Source: an uncultured Parafilimonas sp. | GTDB taxonomy: Bacteria > Bacteroidota > Bacteroidia > Chitinophagales > Chitinophagaceae | Direction: 5' to 3' | Length of the DNA: 64,000 nucleotides | NCBI GenBank assembly: GCA_903882935.1 | Contig: CAIRZB010000114.1 | Span: 16,317-80,316, forward strand | The notes under the pieces: generated by a model | Told to the model about the DNA's origin: nothing | The model's input: only the letters and a program-made list of their open reading frames with translations | The model's database searches: none | Made by a program: the position numbers and the translations under genes | In this document: positions 41,670-52,128 of the stretch, piece by piece | Position numbering within the stretch: the stretch's first letter is position 1 | Layout: every line of letters starts with the position of its first letter

Positions 41670-43253
41670 TTACTCCAACACCAAACTACTAATGCTCCTT
41701 GCTGGCAGTACAACATCGTCAATACCGCTAACCGGGTATGGCTTCATATCATCCCCCAGCTTGGCGGTCGTAACGTAATGCTTAACCAATGTCAGCACCT
41801 TACCCTTTGTTAATCCTTGCAGTGCGAGGCTTGTATGTTTTTCTTCCATGGTATAATTAATAATGTTTACCACTAATTTTTTACCAGCAACATCCCTAAA
41901 GGCCGATACCATTACCTGCTGGGCGGCCTGCGTTGCCGTTAAACCGTCTCCCCTGCCCGTTTGTATTCGGTACATACCTGGGCGTACCAACAGGCTGTAA
42001 TGGCCCAAGACCCAAAGGTTTTTGGTAACAGCAAACGGATTATTAAGGTCCTTGGCCCGTTGGGGGTTTAGGGCAATTAGGTAATAAAGGGTACTGCTGT
42101 CGGCACGGCCGGGCTCATAGGCATTCCAATAATGCCAAGCGGTGGCATTACCCTCCGTAAAATCAGTGTTTATCAACTTGGCTAAAAACAATGCGCAGTC
42201 CATAGTGCTGCGGCCGGCTTTGCTGCCTTCGGTAAAGCCATCGCCCAGCATGCAGTATTCTGACTGCCAGTATTCCAAACCGCTATTGTATTTTTTCAAA
42301 CTGTCCCTAAGCTTGTTGCGTGTTGTTATGGTATTTACATCGCCCACTTCTGTAAAATAACCATGCCCCTCCACAAAAGGCATTACATGGCTTAGGGCAC
42401 CGATGTATAAAGGACTTGACGGGCTGTAAAAATTAGCCACTTGCCTGCTGGCCTTGGTAGACCCCTCATATAAAAAGCTAAGCATACCCGCTTCGGTAAC
42501 CAATATTTTTGTATCCAGTTTTTGGCGGGCTAAACCAGCATCCAATGCCTTTACCGTACGGTAAATATCTTCGTTTGCCCAAGGGCTGCCTTCTTGCTTG
42601 GCCTTGCCGTAGGTATCGCTCCAGTCCCATTGCGGCTCATTCACAGGGCTAATGTAATTAAAATGCAGACCGGTTTTATCAAAATGGCCCACCACCTCGG
42701 TTAAAAAATTTGCGTATGCCTCATATTTATCATCCTTCAGGTTAACCTTGTAATCCTTCTTCAATTTATAACCAAGCCCGTTTTCTGTAAACTGCACCGG
42801 CGGACTGTTTACAAAAGCAATCAAGTTTTCTACACCATAACTTTTAGCCTGCCGCAACATCCATGTATACCCGGCCTGCTTATCCCAATGGTAAGTGCCG
42901 TTGGGTGACAAAAAACACTCCACACGGTGCGATGCATCGCTTTTGCCACTGCTGTCACCTTGCTCTGCGGTTCCAGCACCTATATTGTACCGGAATGCCG
43001 AAAGGCCTATACCCTTTGGTTTTCCATCAGCACCAACCGCGCGGCTGAACAATAACTCCGCTATGCGCTGTTTGTGTGCGGCGGGCCATTTGCTGCCAAT
43101 CTCCTCGCTGTACCAGCAGCCCGAGGCACCAATGTTGCGTATTTGTTGCACGGTGTCGTTTAGGTATAGCGTAAATGTGATTGGGTTGCTTTTTTGGGAA
43201 AACACGTTGGCAGTAAACAGGGTTAAGCAAGCAAAAAGAAATACATTTTTCAT
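41670..43253 (-). CDS. secreted glycoside hydrolase, GH30-like (O-glycosyl hydrolase family 30/59-type TIM barrel)
   Basis: Has a signal peptide, the catalytic-type ISPVNEPQWDW (NEP) block, and a length of 527 aa. Confidence 0.6.
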   Translation of the reverse strand: MKNVFLFACLTLFTANVFSQKSNPITFTLYLNDTVQQIRNIGASGCWYSEEIGSKWPAAHKQRIAELLFSRAVGADGKPKGIGLSAFRYNIGAGTAEQGDSSGKSDASHRVECFLSPNGTYHWDKQAGYTWMLRQAKSYGVENLIAFVNSPPVQFTENGLGYKLKKDYKVNLKDDKYEAYANFLTEVVGHFDKTGLHFNYISPVNEPQWDWSDTYGKAKQEGSPWANEDIYRTVKALDAGLARQKLDTKILVTEAGMLSFLYEGSTKASRQVANFYSPSSPLYIGALSHVMPFVEGHGYFTEVGDVNTITTRNKLRDSLKKYNSGLEYWQSEYCMLGDGFTEGSKAGRSTMDCALFLAKLINTDFTEGNATAWHYWNAYEPGRADSSTLYYLIALNPQRAKDLNNPFAVTKNLWVLGHYSLLVRPGMYRIQTGRGDGLTATQAAQQVMVSAFRDVAGKKLVVNIINYTMEEKHTSLALQGLTKGKVLTLVKHYVTTAKLGDDMKPYPVSGIDDVVLPARSISSLVLE

Positions 43254-43461
43254 GAAGATAATTTTAGATTTTTTTCTACCGTACGCACAAAAAAAAGCTA
43301 CCGATACACCAAAGCAAATAAAAATATACGTTTTGGGTGTTGCCCCCCATCTAGGGTTAGTTTCGGTGTACTTAACCCAACAAACCCAGTGTAGCTAGGT
43401 GATATTTAAATAAAAACATTTTTTTCCAAAAAACGGTTTACAACCATAAGTGAAACCGTTT

Positions 43462-44265
43462 TTACTCCTCAAAAACTACTTTACTCCATTTATCCGGCAA
43501 GTGCGTATCGTAAATGCCATGGCTGCTTAATGCCATGGCGGGATGCGGGCTTACTTCCTTACCGCCCACCATTAACTTTTGAAAGCGGCCTAAAAACAGG
43601 TTCCATACATCACCATGCGCGGGGGGTATGCTTCTGCCGTTGGCCAACAATTGCAAGCTTTGCCAAGGTATGGCTATTTCAAGGCTCCAGCCCTTGTCAA
43701 TTAAAGTATTGTCGTTTATTTTACCATCCACTTGCACTGCGGTTTGCAAGCCGGGCATACCAAAATTAGTAAATGCCCAGCGTATGCCGCGGGGGTGGGT
43801 GCCTTTCCAAAAACTGGCACCACTACGGTCGTAATCGCCACCAAAAGTGTAGGCCTGTGGGTGGTGCACGTCAAACTGCGGTACGATAAATTTGCTGCCT
43901 TTGGTGTAGGCATCCTTCCAAATAAAAAACACCTCGTACACTGTATTGGCGGCGTTTACTTCCAACTCGTAATAACAGTCGCCGCCATCAATAAACACTT
44001 CTAAATCGTTCTCTAAAAAAACAATGCTGTCGCGCTCCGTTTGGTAGGCCTCCACAAACGGCTCCTCCGCATAAAAGGCTATGTATAGTTGCTCTTCATT
44101 CCATAATAACGCAGTTTGGGTGTTATACATACCAGGCTGGCCTGTAACCATATCAACAAAGCGCATGCTCCAAGCGGCCTGTTGCCAAATGGGTTTTTGC
44201 GTGTTACCGTCAACCACAATAGTCTCTTTAATCTTTTTGGCGGCGTAATCGTGTTTATCAACCAT
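43462..44265 (-). CDS. carbohydrate-binding family 9-like (DOMON-like) protein
   Basis: A 267-aa protein whose pattern resembles CBM9-like proteins found in Bacteroidota. Confidence 0.55.
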   Translation of the reverse strand: MVDKHDYAAKKIKETIVVDGNTQKPIWQQAAWSMRFVDMVTGQPGMYNTQTALLWNEEQLYIAFYAEEPFVEAYQTERDSIVFLENDLEVFIDGGDCYYELEVNAANTVYEVFFIWKDAYTKGSKFIVPQFDVHHPQAYTFGGDYDRSGASFWKGTHPRGIRWAFTNFGMPGLQTAVQVDGKINDNTLIDKGWSLEIAIPWQSLQLLANGRSIPPAHGDVWNLFLGRFQKLMVGGKEVSPHPAMALSSHGIYDTHLPDKWSKVVFEE

Positions 44266-44775
44266 GGTATACTCTCTTTTTTGGGCGTGTTTTCGGCAAT
44301 TACATACACCACCAGGTGGCCCATAACGGCCTTATCAATTGGGCCAAACATCTGCATGCTTTAAGGTGATGCCAAGCGCAATATAAACACAAATTTGGGG
44401 TGGAATTGTATTATTTGGTGGAAAAGTGAGTTGGTACTAGTGGATAGCTATTAGTGTAAGGCAAACGGCAAAAACACCTACCGCTTAGGCCAATTTGCAC
44501 CGGCTTAGTGTTGGCAAAAGGCAACCAGCCCATAAAACCCAAGACGATTTTTGCGCACGCCATGGTATTTTGCTAAACAAATACCGCTGTAAAAAAGCCA
44601 TGCAGAACTATAAAAGAACTTTTATTAATCTTATTTAGAGGTCCGGGTAAATGAGGATGGGTTAGCAATTATCAGGGCTGGCGTTCCATGAATCAGCTTG
44701 CTGACTACCCCTCAGCCATTGATTGATATTTCCGATTTTACAAAATCTATGCACATTTTATGTTCGCTCAAAAAG

Positions 44776-45069
44776 TCAATTCCCTAAAAAGAAATAACTT
44801 TTTTTGGGTATTTCCCCTGTAAAAACACAAACGGTGGTCTCAACATTTTTTCGAAGTTCGGCTGCCTTATAGGCGATTTCTCTTTTGTCTTTACTGGCAA
44901 AAAGTACGATGCCGCTCACCAACTTATTCGCAATTAACCCGTTAATTTCAGGCTCCGAAAGCTCTGGGTTGCCAATAAGCACCCATTGATTGGGATATTC
45001 CTTTTTGATGTCTGATATTGGTAGGATTTGCATCACAATTATATTAGCCTTGTGTACACTTAAAACCAT
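44776..45069 (-). CDS. hypothetical small protein (low-GC cassette)
   Basis: A 97-aa ORF on the same strand as, and immediately downstream of, the 268-aa hypothetical gene. It is AT-rich. Confidence 0.35.
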   Translation of the reverse strand: MVLSVHKANIIVMQILPISDIKKEYPNQWVLIGNPELSEPEINGLIANKLVSGIVLFASKDKREIAYKAAELRKNVETTVCVFTGEIPKKSYFFLGN

Positions 45070-45189
45070 ATTTCATTGGTTAAAAATGCTGAGGGAACGC
45101 TTCATTTTATGTTCAGTATTGTTTATTCTGCCGAAATATTCTTCAATATCTTATCTAACGTCACATCCTTTCTTTTAATCCAGTGTTAA

Positions 45190-45996
45190 TTAAAGTGGGT
45201 CAATAATTGTATATCCTTTCTCTCCAAAAGATAAAAATTTTCCGTTTCCAATTCCCGTGAGTTTTGGAGAATAGTCTCCAAATTTTATTACCTCATTTGT
45301 CTTTTTATCCCACAAGAAAAAACTTCTTTTATCGTGATAACTTGAATGCAGAAGAATATTCTCCTCGATGCTTGAGATTGCAGATGCACCTGAAAAATTA
45401 TCTGGAGCCTCAAAACATTCTAATTTGAATGTATCAAGATTAAGCTCAAATATATTCAGCCCGGTATATGAGTATAATAGGACTTGATCTGCACCATGTT
45501 TGCAAATGCAGTAACAATCAGAAATAATTAAATCTGCGGCACTTGAATTAACTCCAAACTCTTGGATTCCATTAAAGTTGAAAACTGCCAGACCATCATT
45601 ATTTGGACCTTCAATTCCATAAACTCCTTCGTCAAAATAGGTTGCAATAATTTTATTTCGATGAATGATGATGTCTTGTATGCCGTCGCCCACAAGAAAT
45701 GATTTTATTAATTGTCCGGAGAAATCATACATGTATGCATTATTATTACCATCTGTCCTGCCGTATACAATCAGAAACTTGTTGCTATTAAGCTTGCGAA
45801 TAAATGGAAAAGAAAATGCCATATTAATTTGAAGCCTGTGCTCCTTGGTTACAATTGCACCGTTATTAAAAAGCGCGATATAGTTACCTTGTTCGTCGGC
45901 GTCAAGGTCTATAATTTTATGTAACCCTGTGTCTATCTGTACTATGTGTTCTATCATTTTCAATCGAATATCATGGAACAAGGAGAGGGTTGTCAA
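45190..45996 (-). CDS. hypothetical protein (low-GC cassette; repeated G-x-hydrophobic blades suggest beta-rich fold)
   Basis: A 268-aa ORF with no signal peptide. Codon usage is markedly AT-rich compared with the flanking genes. Confidence 0.45.
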   Translation of the reverse strand: MTTLSLFHDIRLKMIEHIVQIDTGLHKIIDLDADEQGNYIALFNNGAIVTKEHRLQINMAFSFPFIRKLNSNKFLIVYGRTDGNNNAYMYDFSGQLIKSFLVGDGIQDIIIHRNKIIATYFDEGVYGIEGPNNDGLAVFNFNGIQEFGVNSSAADLIISDCYCICKHGADQVLLYSYTGLNIFELNLDTFKLECFEAPDNFSGASAISSIEENILLHSSYHDKRSFFLWDKKTNEVIKFGDYSPKLTGIGNGKFLSFGEKGYTIIDPL

Positions 45997-46122
45997 AACC
46001 CAATTTTTATCCTATAAAATTATAGAGATTCTTAAAATGCTTTAAGTTTTATCCATCCCCTCCCCCCCAACGGCGGAACCCCGCTTAAAAAAGCAGGGGT
46101 TCCTTCATTTAAGGGCCGGGAT

Positions 46123-48045
46123 TTAATGTTTTACCTCAGTATCAGTGTGTGCTTTCTTTTCCTGTAACATTTGCAGCAGCTGCAGGCCCATCAGCCCGCT
46201 AAGGCTACCGTCTGTACCATTACCGCCGCTTACAATAAGGTCGGGTATAATTTTAATATTGCCCCTGCCTATTTCTTCAGTTATTTTAAACTTGGTAAAG
46301 TTGTCGCCACCCATCGCCTTAACCTGCAGTTCGTAGGCTTCGGCGGTACTTTTACCAATGGCCATTATTTTTTCGGCTTCGGCCAAACCTGTTTTGCTGA
46401 TCCTTTCGGCTTCTGCTGCGGCGGTAAGCTTGGTGGCTTCTGCCTGGGCACTTGCCCTTGCACGGGTGGCTGCGGCCTCACCTTCGGCACGCATCCTGGT
46501 GGCGGTGGCTTCTGCTTCTACATTCAGCTTAACGCTTTTGGCATCACCTTCGCTCTTTTTAACAGCGGCATCGGCGGTACGTTGTGCTATCTCTACGCTT
46601 TGCTGGGCCTTTACTATTTCCTTTTGCATATCGGCAATGGCGGTTTCCTTTTCCATACCCTGGCGTTGTTCCTGTGCCATCTTTTGTGTTTGGTAGGTTT
46701 TTTGTTCTTCCTCGGCTATCTTCCTGTTCGTTAAGGTTTTCATCAATGCCTCGGGGGGAACAATATCGCCTATCAAGGTATCCACGGCATTTACATTATA
46801 TTCATCCAGCACGGCCTTAATATGGTCTTTGGCGGCCTGCTGCCTTTCCTTACGGGTGCTTAGGAAGGATATAACATCGCTGTCCTGCGCACTGTTACGG
46901 AAATAGTTACCGATAGTGGGCTCCAGCACCTGCGATACCAGGTTTACCATGCTGCCGAAACGGGCTATTACCTTTGGCGCCTCGTTGGCAGGGATGTGTA
47001 TAATCTGGGCCACGTCAAGGTTAAAAGGGAAACCATCCTTACTGCGCACGGTTATGGTGCTAAGGTTTTTATCCAGCATGTGTGCCTCGCTGCGGGCGTT
47101 AGCCCAGTTAAGCACCAGATTGGTGGTGGGTACCAGCTCCACCTTCATGGTATACTTGTTAATGGGGTACTTACCGGGGCCTAATGGCTCCATCCACACA
47201 CCACGGAAACCTTTTTCAACAATGTTGCCATGTTTAAAACTGTCACCCGTCATATCTTTGCCATCCTCGCCTATATAAGATATAACCACGCCCACGTAAC
47301 CAATAGGCACATCCGTCATGGGTATTTCCTCTATTTGCTGTGCCCAAGGGTTTATGTAGTAACTACCTGCCAGTATTACCTGGGGTTGCAAACCACGGTT
47401 ACCCCCGTTTTGCAAAAAGGCATCAATGTCCTGGAAGTTGTTATGGCCCTCCACGTTTTTACCGGCTATCTGCCCGGCGGTAATGGGCGCACCATCCAAC
47501 ATAGTTACAATACCAAGCATGTTCTCGTGTATGCTGGTAAGTTCGGCCACCTGCACGCTAAACGCAAACGTGTTTATACGGTAGGTACCGGCCGTTAAAA
47601 TGTTGGTTTGCCGGCCTTTTTGGCCACCGTTGTCCAGGAAAGCCGCAGCGTCCTGAAAATTGTCGCTGGGCACCTTGCGGGCCAAAATATTACCGCTGGG
47701 CAATTCGGCACCGTCGTTGCTGATTACCACGCCAATTTTACCTTCGGGTATAACCGTAAACGGCTGCATTTCTACGCCAAATTGAATGGGCAACAAGCCC
47801 CAATATAAACCGGGTGCAAGTGTTTTGGCCTGAAAACCGGGTTCGCCTTTGGTGGCTATGATGCGGCCGTCGGGCAATGAGCGGTTTGCACCGCGCATCC
47901 TAAACTTTTTTGTTACAAGCCCTACCCTGTTCTCGGGTACAATTACCATACCGAAGAAAAAACGGGCAATTGACTTGATAAAAAGCAGGACCAATACCAC
48001 CAGTATTACCCAGCCCCAATGAATAAAAAAATCTCTCGCTTCCAT
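46123..48045 (-). CDS. flotillin-family SPFH/band-7 protein (YqiK-like) with Ala/Glu-rich coiled-coil tail
   Basis: Has an N-terminal TM helix, an SPFH domain, and a long AEAEA-type coiled coil. It is 640 aa. Confidence 0.85.
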   Translation of the reverse strand: MEARDFFIHWGWVILVVLVLLFIKSIARFFFGMVIVPENRVGLVTKKFRMRGANRSLPDGRIIATKGEPGFQAKTLAPGLYWGLLPIQFGVEMQPFTVIPEGKIGVVISNDGAELPSGNILARKVPSDNFQDAAAFLDNGGQKGRQTNILTAGTYRINTFAFSVQVAELTSIHENMLGIVTMLDGAPITAGQIAGKNVEGHNNFQDIDAFLQNGGNRGLQPQVILAGSYYINPWAQQIEEIPMTDVPIGYVGVVISYIGEDGKDMTGDSFKHGNIVEKGFRGVWMEPLGPGKYPINKYTMKVELVPTTNLVLNWANARSEAHMLDKNLSTITVRSKDGFPFNLDVAQIIHIPANEAPKVIARFGSMVNLVSQVLEPTIGNYFRNSAQDSDVISFLSTRKERQQAAKDHIKAVLDEYNVNAVDTLIGDIVPPEALMKTLTNRKIAEEEQKTYQTQKMAQEQRQGMEKETAIADMQKEIVKAQQSVEIAQRTADAAVKKSEGDAKSVKLNVEAEATATRMRAEGEAAATRARASAQAEATKLTAAAEAERISKTGLAEAEKIMAIGKSTAEAYELQVKAMGGDNFTKFKITEEIGRGNIKIIPDLIVSGGNGTDGSLSGLMGLQLLQMLQEKKAHTDTEVKH

Positions 48046-48418
48046 GATTGTTTGTTGTTTTTAGTGTTTAGAATGAATGTTTAAAGATTATTGTTTTTTG
48101 TTGTACTTGTACATACATTATTGCAAATCCTAACCAATAGCCATGCTATTCGGCATTGTATCTGCACTTTAACACCCTGCATGCATGTTAAACCGTCAAT
48201 ACTTTTGGTGTATCTTATTGTGGTTTGGTATTGTGTGAGGCCTGCCGGTTGTTACCGTACTGGCTAAAAGCTGGGCAGCTTTGTTGCACGTTAGGCAACG
48301 CTACTGGCTTTTTGCTGTGCCCGAAAATATGGCTTTTACTAATTTACTTGGCTGGGTAAAGTGTATGGCGTTGGCTTTGGTCGTAGAAAGAACCCCTTTT
48401 CTGTGGCTCATATATTTT

Positions 48419-48440
48419 GGGGCATTGCCCCTTTTTTGAT
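48419..48440 (+). terminator. orphan Rho-independent terminator-like hairpin in long intergenic region
   Basis: GGGGCATTGCCCC is followed by TTTTTTGATTT. There is no upstream plus-strand CDS. Confidence 0.4.
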
Positions 48441-48624
48441 TTGATACAGTAAAGATATAGCGGGTTTAAGCGCATACGCATATTGATGTAGGATAAGCGG
48501 GGCTTGCGCTTGGAAGAGCGGATAAGCATGCCGGATGAGCGGCAAAATTTAATTGTATTTATTACACTTAAAACTGCCGGGTATGCGTAAAAATAGGTTC
48601 AAGGCTGTCATTAAGCTTTGGCTA

Positions 48625-48960
48625 TCAACCGTTTGCAGCAACGTTGCATTCAGGCTTATACCTGTCAATCAACTCTTCAACAATATTTAATCGGTCTTCT
48701 TGTTTTTCAACTGGCAACACGCAAACTGTGTTGACACCGTTATTTTCAAGCCAAGTATGCCGGTGATCTACAGTAATATTGGCCAACGAAGGCACCTCGC
48801 CAATAAACACAATAGTATACACAGGGTTTGGTGCAGGCACACGTTTGGCAAAAATGTAAATGCCAGCATCGCCTGGGTATTGCGCTTGTAATGGGTAAAC
48901 GGTAAAAAAATAGCTGTTTCCCTTATAGCCAAACACTGGTAGTTTTTCAATTTTAGTCAT
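48625..48960 (-). CDS. hypothetical small protein
   Basis: A 111-aa ORF with no recognisable motifs. Confidence 0.4.
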   Translation of the reverse strand: MTKIEKLPVFGYKGNSYFFTVYPLQAQYPGDAGIYIFAKRVPAPNPVYTIVFIGEVPSLANITVDHRHTWLENNGVNTVCVLPVEKQEDRLNIVEELIDRYKPECNVAANG

Positions 48961-49097
48961 ACAATAACTTTAGGGTTAGCGAGTATGCGAATTTAATGTA
49001 TCTTTTTTAACATTTTAATTTTATCGGCAGTACCCACGATGTTTTTGGTAAATACCGCATGTGTTGGTTGGCTTACAAGCCCTATCTTTAGCAGCCT

Positions 49098-50342
49098 ATG
49101 CAATTGAACAGTTTAATAACGGTTATTATCTCAATTTGCGCGGTGTTTGGTTACGCAAATGCGCGTTTTATTAAATTACCCACGGCCATTGGCATAATGG
49201 TTTTGTCGCTGCTTTTTTCGGTTATACTAATAATTGCAGGCCGGGTGGCACCGTCTTTTTTAGCCGCCGTGGTAAAAACCGTGGGGGGGATAAACTTTCA
49301 TACATTGTTGATGGATGTTATGCTCAGCTTCCTGTTGTTTGCGGGCAGCATACATATTGACGCGGCAAGCTTACGAAAACAGCTATGGCCAGTAGCCTTG
49401 CTCGCAACGGCTGGCACACTTATTTCAGCCGTATTGGTAGCCATAGCAGTATATTTGTTATTTGGCGCATTTGGCACGCACATACCCATTATTTACTGTT
49501 TATTGTTCGGTATACTTATCTCCCCTACGGACCCCGTGGCGGTGCTGGCCATATTAAAGCAGGCTGGCATACCGCCTACCCTGCATATAAAAATTGCAGG
49601 GGAATCACTTTTTAACGACGGGGTGGCCGTGGTAGTTTTTATGGCCCTGCTTGAGGTGGCACAATCTGGCATAGAGCATTTCTCCTTTTGGCACTCGGTG
49701 GCCGTTTTTTTTCGAGAGGCAGGCGGCGGATTGTTGTTTGGGCTGGTATTAGGATATGCTGGCTTTTTGTTGGTGCGTTCCATTGACAACTACCAAGTGG
49801 AAATACTAATAACCGTTGCCATGGTGATGGGCGGTTATGCGTTGGCGAACGCTATACACGTTTCTGGCCCGTTGGCCATGATTGTGGCCGGAATTGTTAC
49901 TGGCAATACCGGCAAACAACACGCAATGAGTGAAGTAACAAAGGAATATTTAGACAAATTTTGGGAACTGGTTGACGAGATATTAAATGCCATCTTATTT
50001 ATGCTGGTTGGTTTGCAAATATTGGTGATACCTACCGGGGGTACCCTTATCTTAATTGGCATGGCAACCATTTTACTGTTGCTGGCGGCCAGATGGCTTT
50101 CTGTGGCTCTGCCAATAACAATGCTGCGGCCTTTTATAACTTTTGAGCGGCATGCCATAGCAATACTAACTTGGGGAGGGTTGCGGGGCGGCCTTTCTGT
50201 GGCCATGGCACTTAGCCTGCCTGCAGCAATGTTCCGCAGCCAGTTTGTGGCAGTTACTTACATTGTGGTAGTATTCTCAATCGTGGTACAGGGGCTTACC
50301 ATAAAAGGGGTAACAAAGTTTTTAATGAAAAAGCCTGCGTAA
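49098..50342 (+). CDS. cation:proton antiporter (CPA1/NhaP-type Na+/H+ exchanger)
   Basis: Has 11-12 TM helices and the conserved FNDGVAVVVF block. Confidence 0.85.
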   Translation: MQLNSLITVIISICAVFGYANARFIKLPTAIGIMVLSLLFSVILIIAGRVAPSFLAAVVKTVGGINFHTLLMDVMLSFLLFAGSIHIDAASLRKQLWPVALLATAGTLISAVLVAIAVYLLFGAFGTHIPIIYCLLFGILISPTDPVAVLAILKQAGIPPTLHIKIAGESLFNDGVAVVVFMALLEVAQSGIEHFSFWHSVAVFFREAGGGLLFGLVLGYAGFLLVRSIDNYQVEILITVAMVMGGYALANAIHVSGPLAMIVAGIVTGNTGKQHAMSEVTKEYLDKFWELVDEILNAILFMLVGLQILVIPTGGTLILIGMATILLLLAARWLSVALPITMLRPFITFERHAIAILTWGGLRGGLSVAMALSLPAAMFRSQFVAVTYIVVVFSIVVQGLTIKGVTKFLMKKPA

Positions 50343-50421
50343 AGTTTTTTAATCTGCATTGTATCCCGTTTTTGTTTGCCAAGTTTTATGCTGCGCCTAA
50401 ACACCAAACCCAATTTGCCAT

Positions 50422-51681
50422 TTGCAAAAACAACCCATAATGTTACTTTTGCAAATCTTGACTACCACATCCAAAACATCAGCCTCATTCTTTAACTTCC
50501 AATTTGCCTTGCTGTGCGTGAGCAACTTTTTGTTTTCCGCCAGCTTTACCATGATGATACCCGAACTGCCAGGCTACCTTACCCATATTGGCGGCCAGGA
50601 CTACAAAGGGTTAATCATTTCCTTGTTTACGCTAATGGCCGGTATTTCCCGCCCGTTTAGCGGCAAACTTACCGATACAGTGGGGCGCGTGCCGGTTATG
50701 ATATTTGGGTCGTTGGTTTGCGTGGTTTGCAGTTTTTCTTACACGCTGTTTGCGGGTGTAGCCGGTTTTTTATTGTTACGGTTTGTACACGGGTTTTCAA
50801 CAGGGTTTAAGCCAACAGCCACCTCTGCCTACGGTGCTGATGTAGTGCACGAAAGCCGGCGGGGCGAAGCCATCGGCATATTAACCATGGGCTATACGGT
50901 GGGCATGTCGCTAGGCCCGATGTTTGGCAGCTTTCTGGTGAGCCATTATTCATACAACGGCATGTTTTACGCGTCATCGGCATTTGCGCTTGGCTCCGTG
51001 GCTATATTGTACAACATAAAAGAAACGTTGCCCAAACCACAAAAATTCCGGTTCAGCATACTTCGGTTAAAACCAAATGAACTGTTTATAAAAACAGCCA
51101 TTAAACCTGCCGTTATTTTGTTGCTGCTAAGTTTTGCGAGTGGCTGCACGTTAACGCTGGCGCCCGATTTATCAGAAAACCTTGGCGTGCATAACAAGGG
51201 GGTGTTTTTCGCTATTTATACAGCTACGTCTTTGCTCGTGCGCATATTCGCCGGAAAATCGTCTGACAAATATGGCCGCATCCCCGTACTGATAATATCT
51301 TCCATCACACTCGTTGTGGCAATGGCTATTCTTTCATTTGCCCATAGCCAATGGATGCTATTTACCGGCTCGGCCATTTTTGGCCTTAGCTGGGGCATGA
51401 ACGGCCCTACCATAACCGCCTGGACGGTAGACCTTGCCCAACCTGCCATGCGGGGCCGGGCCGTTGCCAGCATGTATATTGCATTGGAAGCAGGCATTGG
51501 CATCGGCGCCTTTATATGTGCGGAGATTTACAATAACCTACCTGCCAATTTTGTTTACGCGTTTATTACACCCGCATTTCTTGCGGCGTCGGCGGCCATA
51601 TTGCTAGTATTATGGCGGAAGAAAAAGGCGCAGGTCTTTTTGGTAGCAGATGTTGTTGCTTTGGAAGATGAATTGATGTAA
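50422..51681 (+). CDS. MFS transporter
   Basis: Has 12 TM helices and an MFS signature region (G.ISRPFSGKLTDTVGR). Confidence 0.8.
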   Translation: MQKQPIMLLLQILTTTSKTSASFFNFQFALLCVSNFLFSASFTMMIPELPGYLTHIGGQDYKGLIISLFTLMAGISRPFSGKLTDTVGRVPVMIFGSLVCVVCSFSYTLFAGVAGFLLLRFVHGFSTGFKPTATSAYGADVVHESRRGEAIGILTMGYTVGMSLGPMFGSFLVSHYSYNGMFYASSAFALGSVAILYNIKETLPKPQKFRFSILRLKPNELFIKTAIKPAVILLLLSFASGCTLTLAPDLSENLGVHNKGVFFAIYTATSLLVRIFAGKSSDKYGRIPVLIISSITLVVAMAILSFAHSQWMLFTGSAIFGLSWGMNGPTITAWTVDLAQPAMRGRAVASMYIALEAGIGIGAFICAEIYNNLPANFVYAFITPAFLAASAAILLVLWRKKKAQVFLVADVVALEDELM

Positions 51682-51891
51682 ACGATACTCGTCAGCCAAT
51701 ATGGCTTAGCAAAAGGGCGAAATGCAATTTTTGGCGGTATTGATAACAAAGACGTATGGTTAAAACATCTTCCTTATCAGGGAAATAGACCACCAACCAA
51801 GGTATAAAAGTTATGGTTCAGTCGGTTTAAAGTAAAAAGTCATACCGCTGATAATAATTTTAGACTAAATTTGTTTTTAACAGATTTGATT

Positions 51892-52128
51892 ATGCCTACT
51901 GATACAATACACATTAGAATAAATGACCCCCACGCTTTGGCCATTATTGAGAACTTGGAAAAAATGCATGCGGTTGATTTTTTGACCGATGATGATGAAT
52001 ACATCGAAATTACAGAAGCACTAAAGGCAGAATCAAGGAGGAGACTTGAGCATTTGAAAAACAATCCCCAATCTGCTATTGGCCTGCAACAATTTAAGAG
52101 CCACATACAAAGCAGGCTTTCAAAATGA
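51892..52128 (+). CDS. putative addiction-module antitoxin
   Basis: A small acidic ORF whose stop overlaps the ParE-like toxin start (ATGA). Confidence 0.45.
   Translation: MPTDTIHIRINDPHALAIIENLEKMHAVDFLTDDDEYIEITEALKAESRRRLEHLKNNPQSAIGLQQFKSHIQSRLSK

Noticed and set aside
46171-47598. Multiple plus-strand ORFs of 60-187 aa, some Gly/Cys/Phe-rich
   Set aside because: They are antisense to the flotillin gene, whose GC-rich Ala/Glu repeat region generates long open antisense frames.
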